Source of the DNA: Cetorhinus maximus
Lineage: Eukaryota
Assembly (NCBI RefSeq): GCF_964194155.1
Contig: NC_135901.1
Coordinates: 21,762,001 to 21,826,000, forward strand
Direction: 5' to 3'
DNA length: 64,000 nt
Shown here: piece after piece, positions 34,908 through 47,862 of the stretch
Numbering within the stretch: the stretch's first letter is position 1
How the letters are laid out: each line of letters starts with the position of its first letter
Program-made: the position numbers and the translations under genes
Notes under the pieces: generated by a model
Told to the model about the DNA's origin: nothing
What the model saw: the letters and a program-made list of their open reading frames with translations, nothing else
Database searches by the model: none

Positions 34908-35870
34908 GGCATCAGAAGGGAGAATTTATAGACTGGTAACTCAAACAAAACATCACATCAAGATCTAACAGAGTCACTTGATTCATCAGGAGCTGAATAT
35001 CACTGGCCTTTGAATGAGGAAGGAGAAATATTTGCCTGTAGAAAAAAAAGTCACTCATCTATTTGACTGGAAAAGCATCAAGACAAACTCACACCGGTGA
35101 GAGTGTTCCAGTGCACTGACTGTGCAAAGAGATTTACCTAGTTACACAACCTGAAAAAAAAATTACAGCATTTACAGTGGGACATTGTGAATCCCACGTA
35201 CACGTGTTTTCTGTGTGTGTGTGGACAAGCATTCAACTGATCATCCAATCTGGAGACACACAAGGGCACCCGCACCACGGAGAAACCATGGAAATGTGGG
35301 TACTGTGGAACTGGATTCATTTCCCCATCCCAGCTGGAAATTCATCGGTGTATTCACACTGGGGAGAGGCCGTTCACCTGCACCGATTGTGGGAAGGGTT
35401 TCACGCAGTTATCAAATCTTCTGACACACCAGCGTGTTCACAGTGGTGTGAGGCCGTTCAGCTGTTCCGTATGCGAGAAGGGATTTATGAGATCATCTAA
35501 CCTGGGAACCCACCAGTGAGTTCACACTGGGGAGAGGCCGTTCACCTGCTCAGTGTGTGGGAACGGCTTCACTCAGTCATCTGCTCTGCTGACACATCAA
35601 CTTGTTCACAGTGATCAGAGATTGTTTAAATGTTCTGACTGTGAGAAGAGTTTCAAAGGACCAATAAATCTGCTCAAACACCAACCAGCGAGTTCACACT
35701 GGGGAGAGGCCGTTCACCTGCTGTGTGTGTGGGAAGAGATTCACTCGGTCGCATAACCTGCACAGATACCAGCAAGTTCACGCAGGGGAGAGGCCTTTCA
35801 ACTGCTCCGTCAGTGGGAAGGGATTCACTTTTTCATCTAATTTGAAGAGACACCAGAAGTTTCACATATG
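34908..35870 (+). pseudogene. ZNF pseudogene (~7 fingers)
   Basis: MEKPWK start reads ACG (35277), in-frame TGA at 35517, frameshift near 35683; conserved leader and 3' UTR present. Confidence 0.85.
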
Positions 35871-35939
35871 ACAGCAGGGGTTGGATTCTGTTGTTATTGC
35901 TGCTGTGAATCACATCCAGGTTTGAACTATGTTCAACTG

Positions 35940-37503
35940 GGGTTGGATTTTCATTTTCTGATGGGGGTGGGAACCAGGACTTGTGCGATTTGAAAATGAC
36001 TTTCCTGGTCGGAGGCACTGGACCCGCTGCCTCTGAGACAGTTTGTAATTTTCAAAGCGCCGGTGGTGGGGAGGAAACAGGAAATCCACTCACCACCAAT
36101 TAACGGCCCCTTAATCTCATTAAAGAACTTGTTAAGGAGCCTGTCTGGAACAGAATGGGATTTTCAATCTTTTTTCTGGATTTAAATTGATTTATGGGGT
36201 ACAGGTTGTTTGTAATAAATCCCCAATTGTGAATGAAATAATCAGGTTCTTAGGACTTAACCATCTGGCAGGAATGAACACTTTAAATGGTCATTTAAAA
36301 AAGATTTATTAACCAAAAAGGTGGAAAGGTAACAAGTTAGAAAGATAAAAATCAAAGTTTCAGTTAACAGTAAGAGGAGAACATTTAACTTTAACGATTA
36401 AACAGACCTCTCACAACATTCCTCGGTCGATCAGGCCGAAGACGTGAAGTGAGGATAACCCTCCATCATTCGATACACAGATAACATGCTAACAAAATGG
36501 CCTCTCGCAACCTTCATTTTTACACTTAAAAGATGCTGCTGGAAATGGCTAATTAGTCTATGATTTGTCAATAATGTGACAAGAGTTAATTCCATTGGTT
36601 TTAGCTAATTTACCACATTGTCTTAAAGTTAGGACAGTGCCTTCCTTTAAGCTATGTCTCTCATCTTGATGTCTTTACAGGAGCCCATTCATTAAGATAG
36701 ACTCAACAATCAAGGACAGTGTGTGTTCCTGATAGGGAACAAGTCCAGGGCTTATCCCATTTCTTTCCCAGCTGTTACAGCACTTTAATTCTCTCATAAG
36801 AAATGCTAATAGAGAAATACAGAAATAACATAAAGCGACTTCTAATTAACTACCAATCATCTGTTGCTCATCAGTGACTGCTTTGTAATATTGCTTTGGG
36901 TTAGTTTGTTGTAAAAGGTTTACATCAAAATGGCTTCTCATCTCAGTGTTAGCAGAAAATCGTGTTTTGAGCTTGTTAGCTTATTACAATGAATATGACA
37001 TGAAATGAACCTGAAAATGGTTGGGCCACACTAAAATCTAATACCCAGACTTACTTACAGGATGATGACAGACAGTCTGGTGCATGTTAATGCACAGCTG
37101 TTAGAGTTACCATGAGTCAAAAGGAAGTTAATTTTCATTTTCTTTTTGTAAAATTTGAGGGGTAGACTTGTTCTGGTTCGAGCGCTGTACCTCGACTTGA
37201 TGTCCGTGCGCACTTGTGTTGTCTTTATTGTGCTGGTCATTTCATGAGCTGCCAGCTCCTCTCGGAAAAGCAGCAGCAAACCTCAAAATAGCTGCCATCT
37301 GCCTTTGCTGCTGGCATCAGACAGGAAGCTCCCTCTCCCCAGAGGCACTTGGTGTCTCAGGTTGGATGCTGAGCTCAACCCCTGCCAAAACAGCTCATTT
37401 ACACTTAAAAATAGTGTAACAAGAGCAATGCAGTTCAGGTGCAGTGTCTGGACCCAGAATTCATCCAGTATCAGGTTCTCAACCCTCTTTGAAAATCCAA
37501 CTC
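35940..37503. mobile_element. Non-autonomous DNA transposon (Harbinger-like TIRs) with a nested LTR-like insert (~36211-37059)
   Basis: GGGTTGGATTTTCA ... TGAAAATCCAACTC (13/14 match), flanks ctg/ttg; ZNF 3' UTR resumes at 37504; inner TGTAA...TTACA. Confidence 0.65.
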
Positions 37504-37697
37504 TTGGAGTTTATTCCTCCTGATGTTAATAATCCCTGTAACAGGGCTGGAGTTTAGTATTCTGGTTAAATGTCAAATAAATCAGCTTGGCGTCAAACAC
37601 ATAATGTGTGGAGTATTTGTTTTCTCCAGGATAAGAGGAGACAAATTGAAATCCTGTTCTCAACTGTTCCATTTCTGGGCCTTTTCTCCCCTGTTAA

Positions 37698-38132
37698 AGA
37701 AAGATTTGTATTTCTGCAGAGCCTTGCATGACATCAGGATGTCCCAAAGCATTTTACAGCCAATGAAATTCCTTTGAAGTGTTGTCAATGTTGTAATTCA
37801 GGCAATACAGCAGCTAATTTATGCACAGCAAGATCCCATAGACAACAAATTAATAATACCCAGATAATCTGTTTCAGTGATGTTGATTGAGGGATAAATA
37901 TTGACCAAGACTCCTGGGAGAAACCCCTGGCTCTTTGAAATAGTGTCAATGGATCTCTTACACCCGTCCATTCTGTCTCAGTGCCATCTCTAACAGTCTG
38001 TCTCTGACAGTGCAGCGCTCCCTCAGCACTGCAGTGGAATGTCAGCCTGAATTTTATGCTCATCTTTCTGGATGTGGATTTGAACCCACAACCTCCTGAT
38101 TCACACATAAAAATGCAACACTGAGCCACGAC
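37698..38132 (-). mobile_element. tRNA-derived Deu-domain SINE (SacSINE1/AmnSINE1-like)
   Basis: Reverse strand head gtggctcagtg...ggttgtgggttcaaatcc (A/B boxes), Deu-like core (gtgctgagggagcgctgcactgtcaga; gggatcttgctgtgca.aaatt.gctgc), L2-type tail. Confidence 0.8.
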
Positions 38133-38249
38133 TAACAACTTATCATCACTTTGGATTATTTCAGGACCTAGACCTTTTGTTACTCTCATGGACAAGTCCC
38201 AGCTCCCCATACCTTCCAGAGTGTCTCTCCAAGCCTTGGTAGCAAACAT

Positions 38250-39610
38250 CATCTCACTTTGCTGAAAAGGAGGAAGAGGGAAAATGGGGAACTAGAGATC
38301 AGTCAGTCTAACATCAGTAATTGGCAAAATGTAGGATATGAGGGATGTGTTAACAGGGCATTTAGAAAATCATTAACTGATTGAGCAGAGCCAACATGGA
38401 TTTATGAAAGGGAGATCATGTTTGACAAATCTGTTCAGAGCTTTTTGAAAATGTAATAAGTCAGGAGGATAATGAAGGTATCAGTAGATGTTGTGTATTT
38501 GGATTTTCAAAAAGCATTTGATAAGGGGCCACACAGGAGGTCATTACACAAAATTCGGTCTGGTGTTTGGGGGTATCTTAGCATGGACTGAGGATTGGTT
38601 AATGGTCAGAAAACAGAGAGTAGGAATAAACGGGACATTTTCAGGTTGGCAGGCTGTGACTAGCAGGTACCACAAGGATCTGTAGTTGTGTCTCAGCTAT
38701 TTACAATCGATATCAATGACTTAGATGAGAGGACTGAGTGTAACGTATCCAGGTTTTCTGATGATACAATGTTGGGTGGGAAAGTAAATGCTGAGGAGGA
38801 CACAAAGAGGCTGCAGAGGGATATAGACAGGTTGGGTAAGAACATGGCAGATGGAATACAACATGGTGAAGTGTGAAGTTATACACTTTGGTAGGAATAA
38901 TAAAAGAAAGAATATTTTTCGAATGGTGAGAGACTGGGAAATATTTGCATTCAGAGGGACCTGGCTGTCCTTGTACAAGAATCACAGAACGTTAACACGC
39001 AGGTATAACAAGCAAATGGTAAATGGTCTGTTAGATTTTATTACAAAGGGATTGGAGTATAAGAGTAAAGATGTCTTACTACAACTATACAGAGCATTGG
39101 TGAGGCATCACCTGGAGTACTGTGTGCAGTTTAGGTCTCCTTACCTAAGGAAGGACATACTTGCCCTAGAGGGAGTGAAACCAATATTCACCAGAGTGGT
39201 TCCTGGGATGAGGAGATTGTCCCATGAGGAGAGATAGAGCAGACTAGGCCTATATTGAATGGAGGTAGGAAGATTGGGAGGTGACCTAACTGAAACATTC
39301 TTAAATGGCCTGACAGGGTAGATGCTGAGAAAATGTTTCCCGTCTGGAGAATCTAGAACACGGGGAATCATTTAGGACTGAGATGAGGAAGAATTTCTTC
39401 ACTTAGTTGTGAATCATTGGAACTTTCTACCCCAGGGATCCGTGGCTCTCAGTTATATTTAAAACAGAGGTCGACAGAGTTTTGGGTACAAGGAGAATTA
39501 AGGTTTGTGGGGAGTGTGGATCTGAGGTAGAAGATCAACCATGATCGTATCGAATAGCAGAGCAGGCTTGATGGGCCGAATGGCCTCTTCCTGCTCCTAT
39601 TTCTTATGTC
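38250..39610 (+). mobile_element. CR1 LINE, 5'-truncated
   Basis: QHGFMKGRSCLTNL, INDLDERTECNVSRFSDDT, LLQLYRALVRHHLEYC; tail ggccgaatggcctcttcctgctcctatttcttatg. Confidence 0.92.
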
Positions 39611-40327
39611 CGTTAAGCTTCGGTCTGGTTCCCCTCAAGCTGCTGAGTGGGTGAATTAAATCTTTCTTCACAAATCACCCGGATACCAGACTACAAGTCA
39701 GGCCATGAACATTGTTTATTGTTTACAAATCACACTGAAATGTGGCACACAGACCCTTTCTAGACATGTCTAAATGTGATCAGAGTTATCCAGCAGTTCA
39801 GCACTAATGGGGAGAGCTATTTCATAAAACAAGGAACAAAGACTCCACAGGATATTCAGTGATTCACTGTAAATCAGCACGAATGGATGCTGAGTATTAA
39901 TTACAGCAGGGAGCAGGTTCTGAGGTTATCAATTGGTGAGCTTACTTTCAGAACAATTCCTTCAATATCTGACAAGTTAACAGCTTTGAACAGCCCATCT
40001 CACAAATAGCTCGAGCCTACTTGTAATTACAAACATTCAGTTTACTGAGCCTCATCCTCGAGTTACAGAACAGACTTTCTCCCATCAATATCGAGCTGCA
40101 GGACTGCACTGTGATCTGTTTATTGTTCATCTTTAGTTCAAGACAGTTTCTGAGTGATTTACATTGAAAACGAGGTTTGCAGACATGATGGTTTATTCAC
40201 ACATGATTCACATGCCAAGTCTAAACTGGGTAACTGACATTAAGATCAACCCCAACTGTCAGAATCAACATGATTCAGTCCAGGATGTGATGAACAGAAG
40301 CAACAATAGCAGAATCCAACCCCTGTC

Positions 40328-41199
<872 letters not shown>

Positions 41200-41619
41200 T
41201 TTCTAAGGATGGTGATATTCAGGTCCTGATGAATCAAGCGACTCTGGCAAAGTTTGATGTGATTTTGATTCCCGACTGCAAATCCTTCTAATACTCTGTA
41301 AACTGAGCCCAAAATAGAAACAAAGAACTGTGAAAGAGAACCGACAAAAACACAAAGGCAGGTTGTGAAATTGAGCTGAATGAATCTGGTAATTTGTGGG
41401 GCTGGCACGAGGAAAAATTAACCATGAAAACTGCTGGATTGTCATTAAAAACCCAACTGGTTCACTAATGTAATTCACAGAAAGGAAGCTGCACCCTGTC
41501 TGGGCCTACACAAGACTCTGGCCTCTATGGGAGAAGAGAGAGAGGTGAAGGAGGGGAAAAGGAGATGGATTTCATCGATCTGCAATTCAACCAGAATTTT
41601 GATAGAATCCCCCAAACCC

Positions 41620-41925
41620 CTGACCCCCACCACCTGGAAAGACAAGATCAGCTGGTGCATGGGGAAAACCATCAGCTCCAAGACACACAGCAGGGTTCAC
41701 ACTTGGGAGAGACCGGACACCTGCTCCACATGAGAAGGGATCTAATCCAACATCCAACCGGCTGACACACCAGCGAGTTGAGCATTGACTCCAGGGGTTG
41801 GATTCTGCTGTTAAACACATCCAGGACTGAGCCATGTTCATTCTGATACTTTGGGTTTGTTTCTGCTGATGTTAATAACCTTTGTAACTGTTCTGGAGGT
41901 TTAATATTCGGGAAATCAGCTTATT
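41620..41925 (+). pseudogene. Decayed ZNF 3' remnant, antisense within the intron of the 40328-41199 gene
   Basis: HSRVHTWERPDTCST, SNRLTHQRV, then the complete conserved 3' UTR block. Confidence 0.65.
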
Positions 41926-41999
41926 TTACTTTGTAACCCTTACCCTTCAAATGAAGTATCTTTCTTCGCCCTATAACAAACAGTGATTTGCTTGTAATG

Positions 42000-43310
42000 C
42001 TTTCAGTTTAGTTACTGTATTCAGTGCTGACCATGTGGCCTGCTCTACATTAGGAAGATCAAACCCAGGTTGGGTTATCACTTTGTGGAACAACCTCTGT
42101 TCATTCTGTGAGCTTGACCCTGAGCTTCTGGTCACTTGTCAATTTAATTCTCTGCTCCACTCCCACTCTGACCTCTCTGTCCTTGACCCCCTGAACTGTT
42201 CCATTGAAGCTCAACGGGAGCTCAAGGAGCAGCAGCTCATCTTTCAATTCGACACTTTACAACTTTCCAGACTCAGCATCGAGTTCAGCAGTTTCTGCAT
42301 CAGCAGAGAGTTGTCAGGATTGGTAACTCTCTACCTCAAAAGGTGGTGGAACCTGATTCTATAAGGAACTTTTAACAGGGAGTTGACAGGTATTTGATAA
42401 TGAAGAACTTAATGATTACAAACAGTAAGTGGGTGTAAGGGACGAAACATGACTGCTCTTTCACAAGCACAAAGGGTTGAATGGCCTTTCTGTGCTGTAA
42501 GTTTCTTTGATTCCAGGATTTGGTCATTTATCCCCTTGAGTCTGTTCCACCATGCAATGAAATCATGGCTGATCTGTGACCTAACTTTATACACCTGCCT
42601 TTGCCCCATATCCATTCATAGTTTTAGTTAACAAAGATTGTTCAATATCAGATTTAACATTAACATTGATCTCGCATCAACTGCTGTTTGTGGAACAGAG
42701 TTCCTAACTTCTACCTCCCTTTGTGTGTAGAAGTGTTTGCTAACTTCATTCCTGAAAGGTCTGGCTCTCATATTTACACTATGCCCCCAATCCCAGATTC
42801 CCCAACCAGTGGAAATCATGTCTCTTTACCCAATCAGTTCCAATTAATATCTTGAAAACTTTGATCAAATCACACCTTATTCTTAATTCCAGGAAATACA
42901 ACACACGCTTGTGTCATCTCTCCTAACAACTTAACTCTTGGAGTCCAGGTATCATTCAGGTAAATCTGTGCTGCACTCTCTCCAAGGGCAATATATCCTT
43001 TCCAGAACTGAACACAGTTCTCCAGGTGTGGTCTGACCAGGGCTTGTGTATCCAGATGCTTCTCCAGTCATCGTGATACCTGAAATTAAATTATCAGGAG
43101 AGATGACTGAAACTCAGATTGTTTCCTGGAATTTAGTAAATTAAAGGGTGATTTAATCCAAGATTGAGAGAAATTATTTCTGCTGACTGGGGAGTCTAGG
43201 TCAATGGAAATAGTCTTAAAATTGTAGCCAGGTCTTCCAGAGTGAAATGAGGTAACAATTGTTGACACAAAGGCTGGGAAAAGTTTGGAATTCTCTCCCA
43301 CAAATGACAA
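42000..43310. mobile_element. PLE GIY-YIG fragment (42000-42300, +) and CR1 fragments
   Basis: EAQRELKEQQLIFQFDTLQLSRLSIEFSSF (compare 49510-49600); RARPFRNEVSKHFYTQR. Confidence 0.7.
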
Positions 43311-43900
43311 TTCCCTCACCAATATCGCCAGCCATTCACCACCCCCCACCTCCTTCCCTCCCAAGATGGTGACAGGCAGTTGCCTGCAGTAAGACAAGCC
43401 AGTCATCAGGGTCTCCAGTTCTGCACTCATCGTTTGTTTTTTTATTCTATATTAGGATGTGGGCGTTGCCCATCCCTCATTGCCCTTGAATTGTGTGACT
43501 TCTCAAGAGGAAAAAAACAGTAAAACCTGGGAAATAAGAATGCTGGTCGGAAATAGCCTTGTGTAACTTAGAATGGAACAGCAGTTAAAAACTGGGAATT
43601 AAGAGTATTAGTCCAAACTGCTTTTTTTTCCTTCTGGGCTTGACTGTTTCAGAATGAACCACATCACTGTGGGTCTGGAGTCATATGTAGACCAGACTTG
43701 GTAAGAACGGCAGGTTTCCTTCCCTAAAGGAACATTAGTGAATCAGATGGGGTTCACCACAATCGATGATAGTTTTATGGTCACTATGACTGATTTAGTC
43801 ACTGAATTTAAAGTCCACCAGCTACCATTCGAACCCATATCCTCAGACCAGGATAACTGGATTTCTAGCCCAGTGACATTACCACTAGGCCACTGTCTCC

Positions 43901-44120
43901 CCTCTGAGCTCGCGCACGGTTTCCAGGCTCCCCCCGGTGCACAATCTCCAGCCGCCCTCTGAGCTCGCGCGCGGTTTCCAGGCTCCCCCCGATGCACAAT
44001 CTCCAGCCGTCCTCTGAGCTCGCGCACGGTTTCCAGGCTCCCCCCGATTCACCATCTCCAGCCGCCCTCTGAGCTCGCGCGCGGTTTCCAGGCTCCCCCC
44101 GGTGCAGAATCTCCAGCCGC
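43901..44120. repeat. CpG-rich tandem repeat, ~55-bp unit, ~4 copies
   Basis: cctctgagctcgcgcrcggtttccaggctccccccgrtgcacaatctccagccgc starting at 43901, 43956, 44011 and 44066. Confidence 0.95.
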
Positions 44121-44149
44121 CGACTTCATTTCTCACCCTTTGTGATCTG

Positions 44150-44590
44150 AGCTCGACCGCTCCTTCATCCAGCTCCGGTTTCAGTACTGCGCATGCATCA
44201 TTCACAGCCTAGCCCCGCCCCTCCATCACTCCGATTGGTTGGAGGACAAACCGCTTCGCTCGGTCCTGTACTCCCGCCCCTCTCTTCCTATTGGTCCGAA
44301 GCTGCCTTCAATCAGCCGGGCATTGTGAGCTGTTAGGTGAGAGGTCACTGTCGGGAGCAGGTTAATAAACCCCGAGCGGGGTTTACAAATCCCGAGTGCG
44401 GCCCCAGAGCCGAATATTAAACAATGAGCATTCTCCACTCTCACTATCCGCCGCTTCCGGCTTCTCTCCGGGAACAACCTCAAAGAGACCAGGACCCTCC
44501 GAGCATGCGCGATCCACCCGGCCAACCCGCGGCAGATAGAGCGGTTTCTGATGCGCACGGGATTGTGGGTATTTCGGACGGCATTAGAGG
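44150..44590. promoter_or_regulatory. CpG promoter, probably for ZNF 40328-41199 (-), possibly bidirectional
   Basis: TGCGCATGCA (44188); double ATTGG plus GC-box block paralogous to 17092-17190; GCATGCGC at 44503. Confidence 0.65.
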
Positions 44591-44619
44591 CTAAGTCCCA
44601 GTTAATCATTAAAATAAAA

Positions 44620-44750
44620 TCAGTCACTGTGGATGTTGGAAATCTGAAATAAAAACAGAGAATGCTGGAAAAACTCAGCAGGCCTGGCAGCATCTGTGGA
44701 GAGAGAAACAGAGATAACGTTTCGAGTCCGTATGACCCTTTTTCGGATCT
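44620..44750 (-). mobile_element. Penelope-like terminus
   Basis: Shared tail; reverse strand AAGGGTCATACGGACTCGAAACGTTA. Confidence 0.75.
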
Positions 44751-44886
44751 TTCTCTGAATCTGAGGAAGTGAAGATGAGATTCTACTGGCATCAGGACTG
44801 CAAAATAAGAAAAACCAAGATCCATCTCCTATCATCCACATCTTTCAATAATGGAGCTGTTGGCCAATCTTCGCAAAGAATCTGTT

Positions 44887-45351
44887 TCAATAAGTCTGTA
44901 ACAGAGCAATACACAGATGTTCAGCTATGCTTTGAAATGGTCCCTTGAGCCCAGTCCCACAGTGAGAGCACCTGAAAGGTCTTTCATCAGTGTGAACATG
45001 TTGATGGGTAATCAGGTCCCCAGAACTTTTATAGCACTTCCCACAGTCTGGACATTGAAAAGGTCTCTCCCCAGTGTGAATGCGCTGGTGTGTTAGCAGG
45101 TTGGATGACTGAGTGAATCCCTTCCCACACTCGGAGCAGGTGAACGGCCTCTCCCCGGTGTGAACTCGCTGGTGTGTAATCAGCTGGGATGAGCGACTGA
45201 ATCCCTTTCCACATGTAGAGCAGGTGAACGGCCTCTCCTCAGTGTGAGTGCGTCGATGAGTTTCCAGCTCAGATGGGTAACTGAATCTCTCCTCACAATC
45301 CCCACATTTCCATGGTTTCTCTCCACTGTGAACAGTGCTTTTTCCATCCAT
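44887..45351 (-). pseudogene. 3'-truncated ZNF gene (4 complete fingers)
   Basis: [15 protein letters not shown]...; fifth finger breaks at CSHCGTGL and runs into unrelated sequence; no conserved 3' UTR. Confidence 0.75.
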
Positions 45352-45582
45352 GTTCAAAGTTCTACGGTATTCAGGTTACGATAAATTGGGTGACTCCATC
45401 AGATGCTGATGTGATATTTGTTTGAGTTTCCCAACTGCAAATCCTCTGCTTCTAATACCCTGTGAAATTGATTTAAAACAGAAAAAAGGGAGTGAGAGAG
45501 AACCCACAAAAACACAAAGGCAGGTTGTGAAATTGAACTGAATGAATCTGGTCATTTGTGCGGCTGACACTAGGAAAAAGTA

Positions 45583-46190
45583 GGCTCGAAACGTTAACCC
45601 TGTTTCTCTCTCCACAGATGTTGTCAGACCTGCTGAGTTTTTCCAGCATTTTCTGTTTTTATTTCAGATTTACAGCATCTGCAGTATTTTTCTTTTATCA
45701 TAACATCCTTACTTTTATGTTTAATTGCTCTCATAATAAAGGATAGCATTCCATTAGCTTTCTTAATTACTTGCTGTATCTGCATACTAACTTTTTGTGA
45801 CGAATACATTAGAACACCTAGATCCCTCTGCCCCTTGGAATCCTGCAGCTATTCTCCATTTAAGTAATACTCTGCTTTTTTATTCTTCGTGCCAAAGTGA
45901 ACAAGTTCACACTTTCCAACATTTTACTCCATTTGCCAGATATTTTGCCCACTCATTCAACTCATCTATATCTGTCTGCAACCTGCTTATGTCCTCTTCA
46001 CAACATACTTTCCAACCTATCTTTGTGACATCTGCAAATTTAGCTGGCTGCCTTCACTCCCCTCTTCTAAGTCATTGATATAAATTAGAAAAAGTTGAGG
46101 CCCCAGCACAGGCCCCTGCGGGACTCCACTTGTCACATCCTGTTAGTCAGAAAAAGAGCCCATTTATGATGTTTCTGTTTTCTGCTAGCC
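45583..46190. mobile_element. PLE terminus (+, 45583-45698) abutting a CR1 fragment (-)
   Basis: ggctcgaaacgttaac plus tail; QKVSMQIQQVIKKANGMLSFI. Confidence 0.75.
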
Positions 46191-46194
46191 AACC

Positions 46195-47718
46195 GTGACA
46201 AGATTCCGGCAAAAGTACTGAAGACGTGTGCTACAGAGCTTGCTGCGCCCCTAGCCAAGTTGTTCCAGTACAGTTACAACACTGGCATCTACCCGGCTAT
46301 GTGGAAAATTGCCCAGGTATGTCCTGTACACAAAAAGCAGGACAAATCCAACCCGGCCAATTACTGCCCCATCAGTCTACCCTCTAGCATCAGCAAAGTA
46401 ATGAAAGGGGTCATAAACAGTGCTATCAAGCGGCACTTGATTAGCAATAATCAGCTAACTGACGGCAAGTTTGGGTTCTGCCAGAACCGCTTGGCTCCTG
46501 ACCTCGTTACAGTTTTGGTTCAAACACGGACAAAAGAGCTGAACTCTCGAGGTGAGGTGAGAGTGACTGCCCTTCAGATCAAGGCCACATTTGACCGATT
46601 GTGGCATCAAGGAGCCCTAGCAAAACTGGAGTCAATGGGAACCAGGAGGGAAACTCTCCGCTGGGTGGAGTCATACCTAGCACAAAGGAAGATGGTTGTG
46701 ATCATTGGAGGTCAGTCATCTCAGCTCCAGGACATCACCGCAGGAGTTCCTCAGGGTAGTGTCCTCGGCTCAACCATCTTCAGCTGCTTCATCAATGACC
46801 TTCCTTCCATCATAAGGTCAGAAGTGGGGATGTTCGCTGATGATTGCACAATGTTCAGCACCATTTATAACTCCTCAGATACTGAAGAAGCCCATCTCCA
46901 AATGCAGCAAGACCTGGACAATATCCAGGTTTGGGCTGACAAATGGCAAGTAACATTTGCGCCACACAAGTGTCAGGTAATGACCATTTGCAACAAGAGA
47001 GAATCCAATCATCGCCCCATGATGTCCAATGGCATTACCATCACTAAATACCCATTATCAACATCCTGGAGGTTACCACTGACCAGAAACTGAACTGGAA
47101 CAGCTATATAAGTACTGTGGCCACAAGCACAGGTCAGAGGCTAGGAATCGGGTGACGAGTAACTCACAACCTGACTCACCAAAGCCGTTCCGGCATCTAC
47201 AAGGCACAAGTCAGCAGTATGATGAAATATTCTTCACTTGCCTAGACGTGTGGAGCTCCCACAACACTCAAAAAGCTGGACACCATCCAGGAAAAAGCAA
47301 CCCGCTTGATTGGCATCATATCCTCAAACATTCACTCCCTCCACCACTGACACACAGTAGCAGCAGTGTGTACCATCTACACGATGCAATGCAGGAATTC
47401 ACCAGGGCTCCTTCGACAATATCTTCCAAACCCATGACCACTCTCATCTAGAAGGACAAGGGCAGCAGATAGATGGGAACATCATCTGGAAGTTCCCCTC
47501 CAAATCACTCACTTGGAAATATAATGCCGTTCCTTCACTGTCGCTGGGTCAAAATCCTGGAGCTCCCTTCCGAACAGCACTATGGGTGTACCTACACCAC
47601 ATGGACTGCAGCAGTTCAAGAAGGCAGCTCATGATCACCTTCTCAAGGGCAATTAGGGATGGACAATAAATGCTGGTCCAGTCAGCGAAGCCCGCATCCC
47701 ATAAGTGGATTAAAAAAT
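46195..47718 (+). mobile_element. CR1-clade LINE family B RT
   Basis: ORF 46260-47093 with [31 protein letters not shown]; family 3' end. Confidence 0.93.
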
Positions 47719-47862
47719 CTTCTATCCATTATAATGTTTCCCCTACACCATAAGTTTTTATTTTTCGCAATAAACTTTGATGTGGCAGCTTATCATGTCG
47801 ACATAATCCCCTTCTAACCCCCTGTAAAAGGAGTTTCAAAAATCCATCCCTGTCAGTCCAGT

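Noticed and set aside
38060-38132. tRNA gene
   Set aside because: A/B-box-like sequence is the head of a SINE continuing into a Deu-like core; no full cloverleaf
44620-45698. PLE-mediated capture of a ZNF exon between inverted termini
   Set aside because: Both termini carry the full tail, are diverged from each other and show no TSD; matching intron 1 and promoter lie further along at 47810-50425, so independent insertions are simpler
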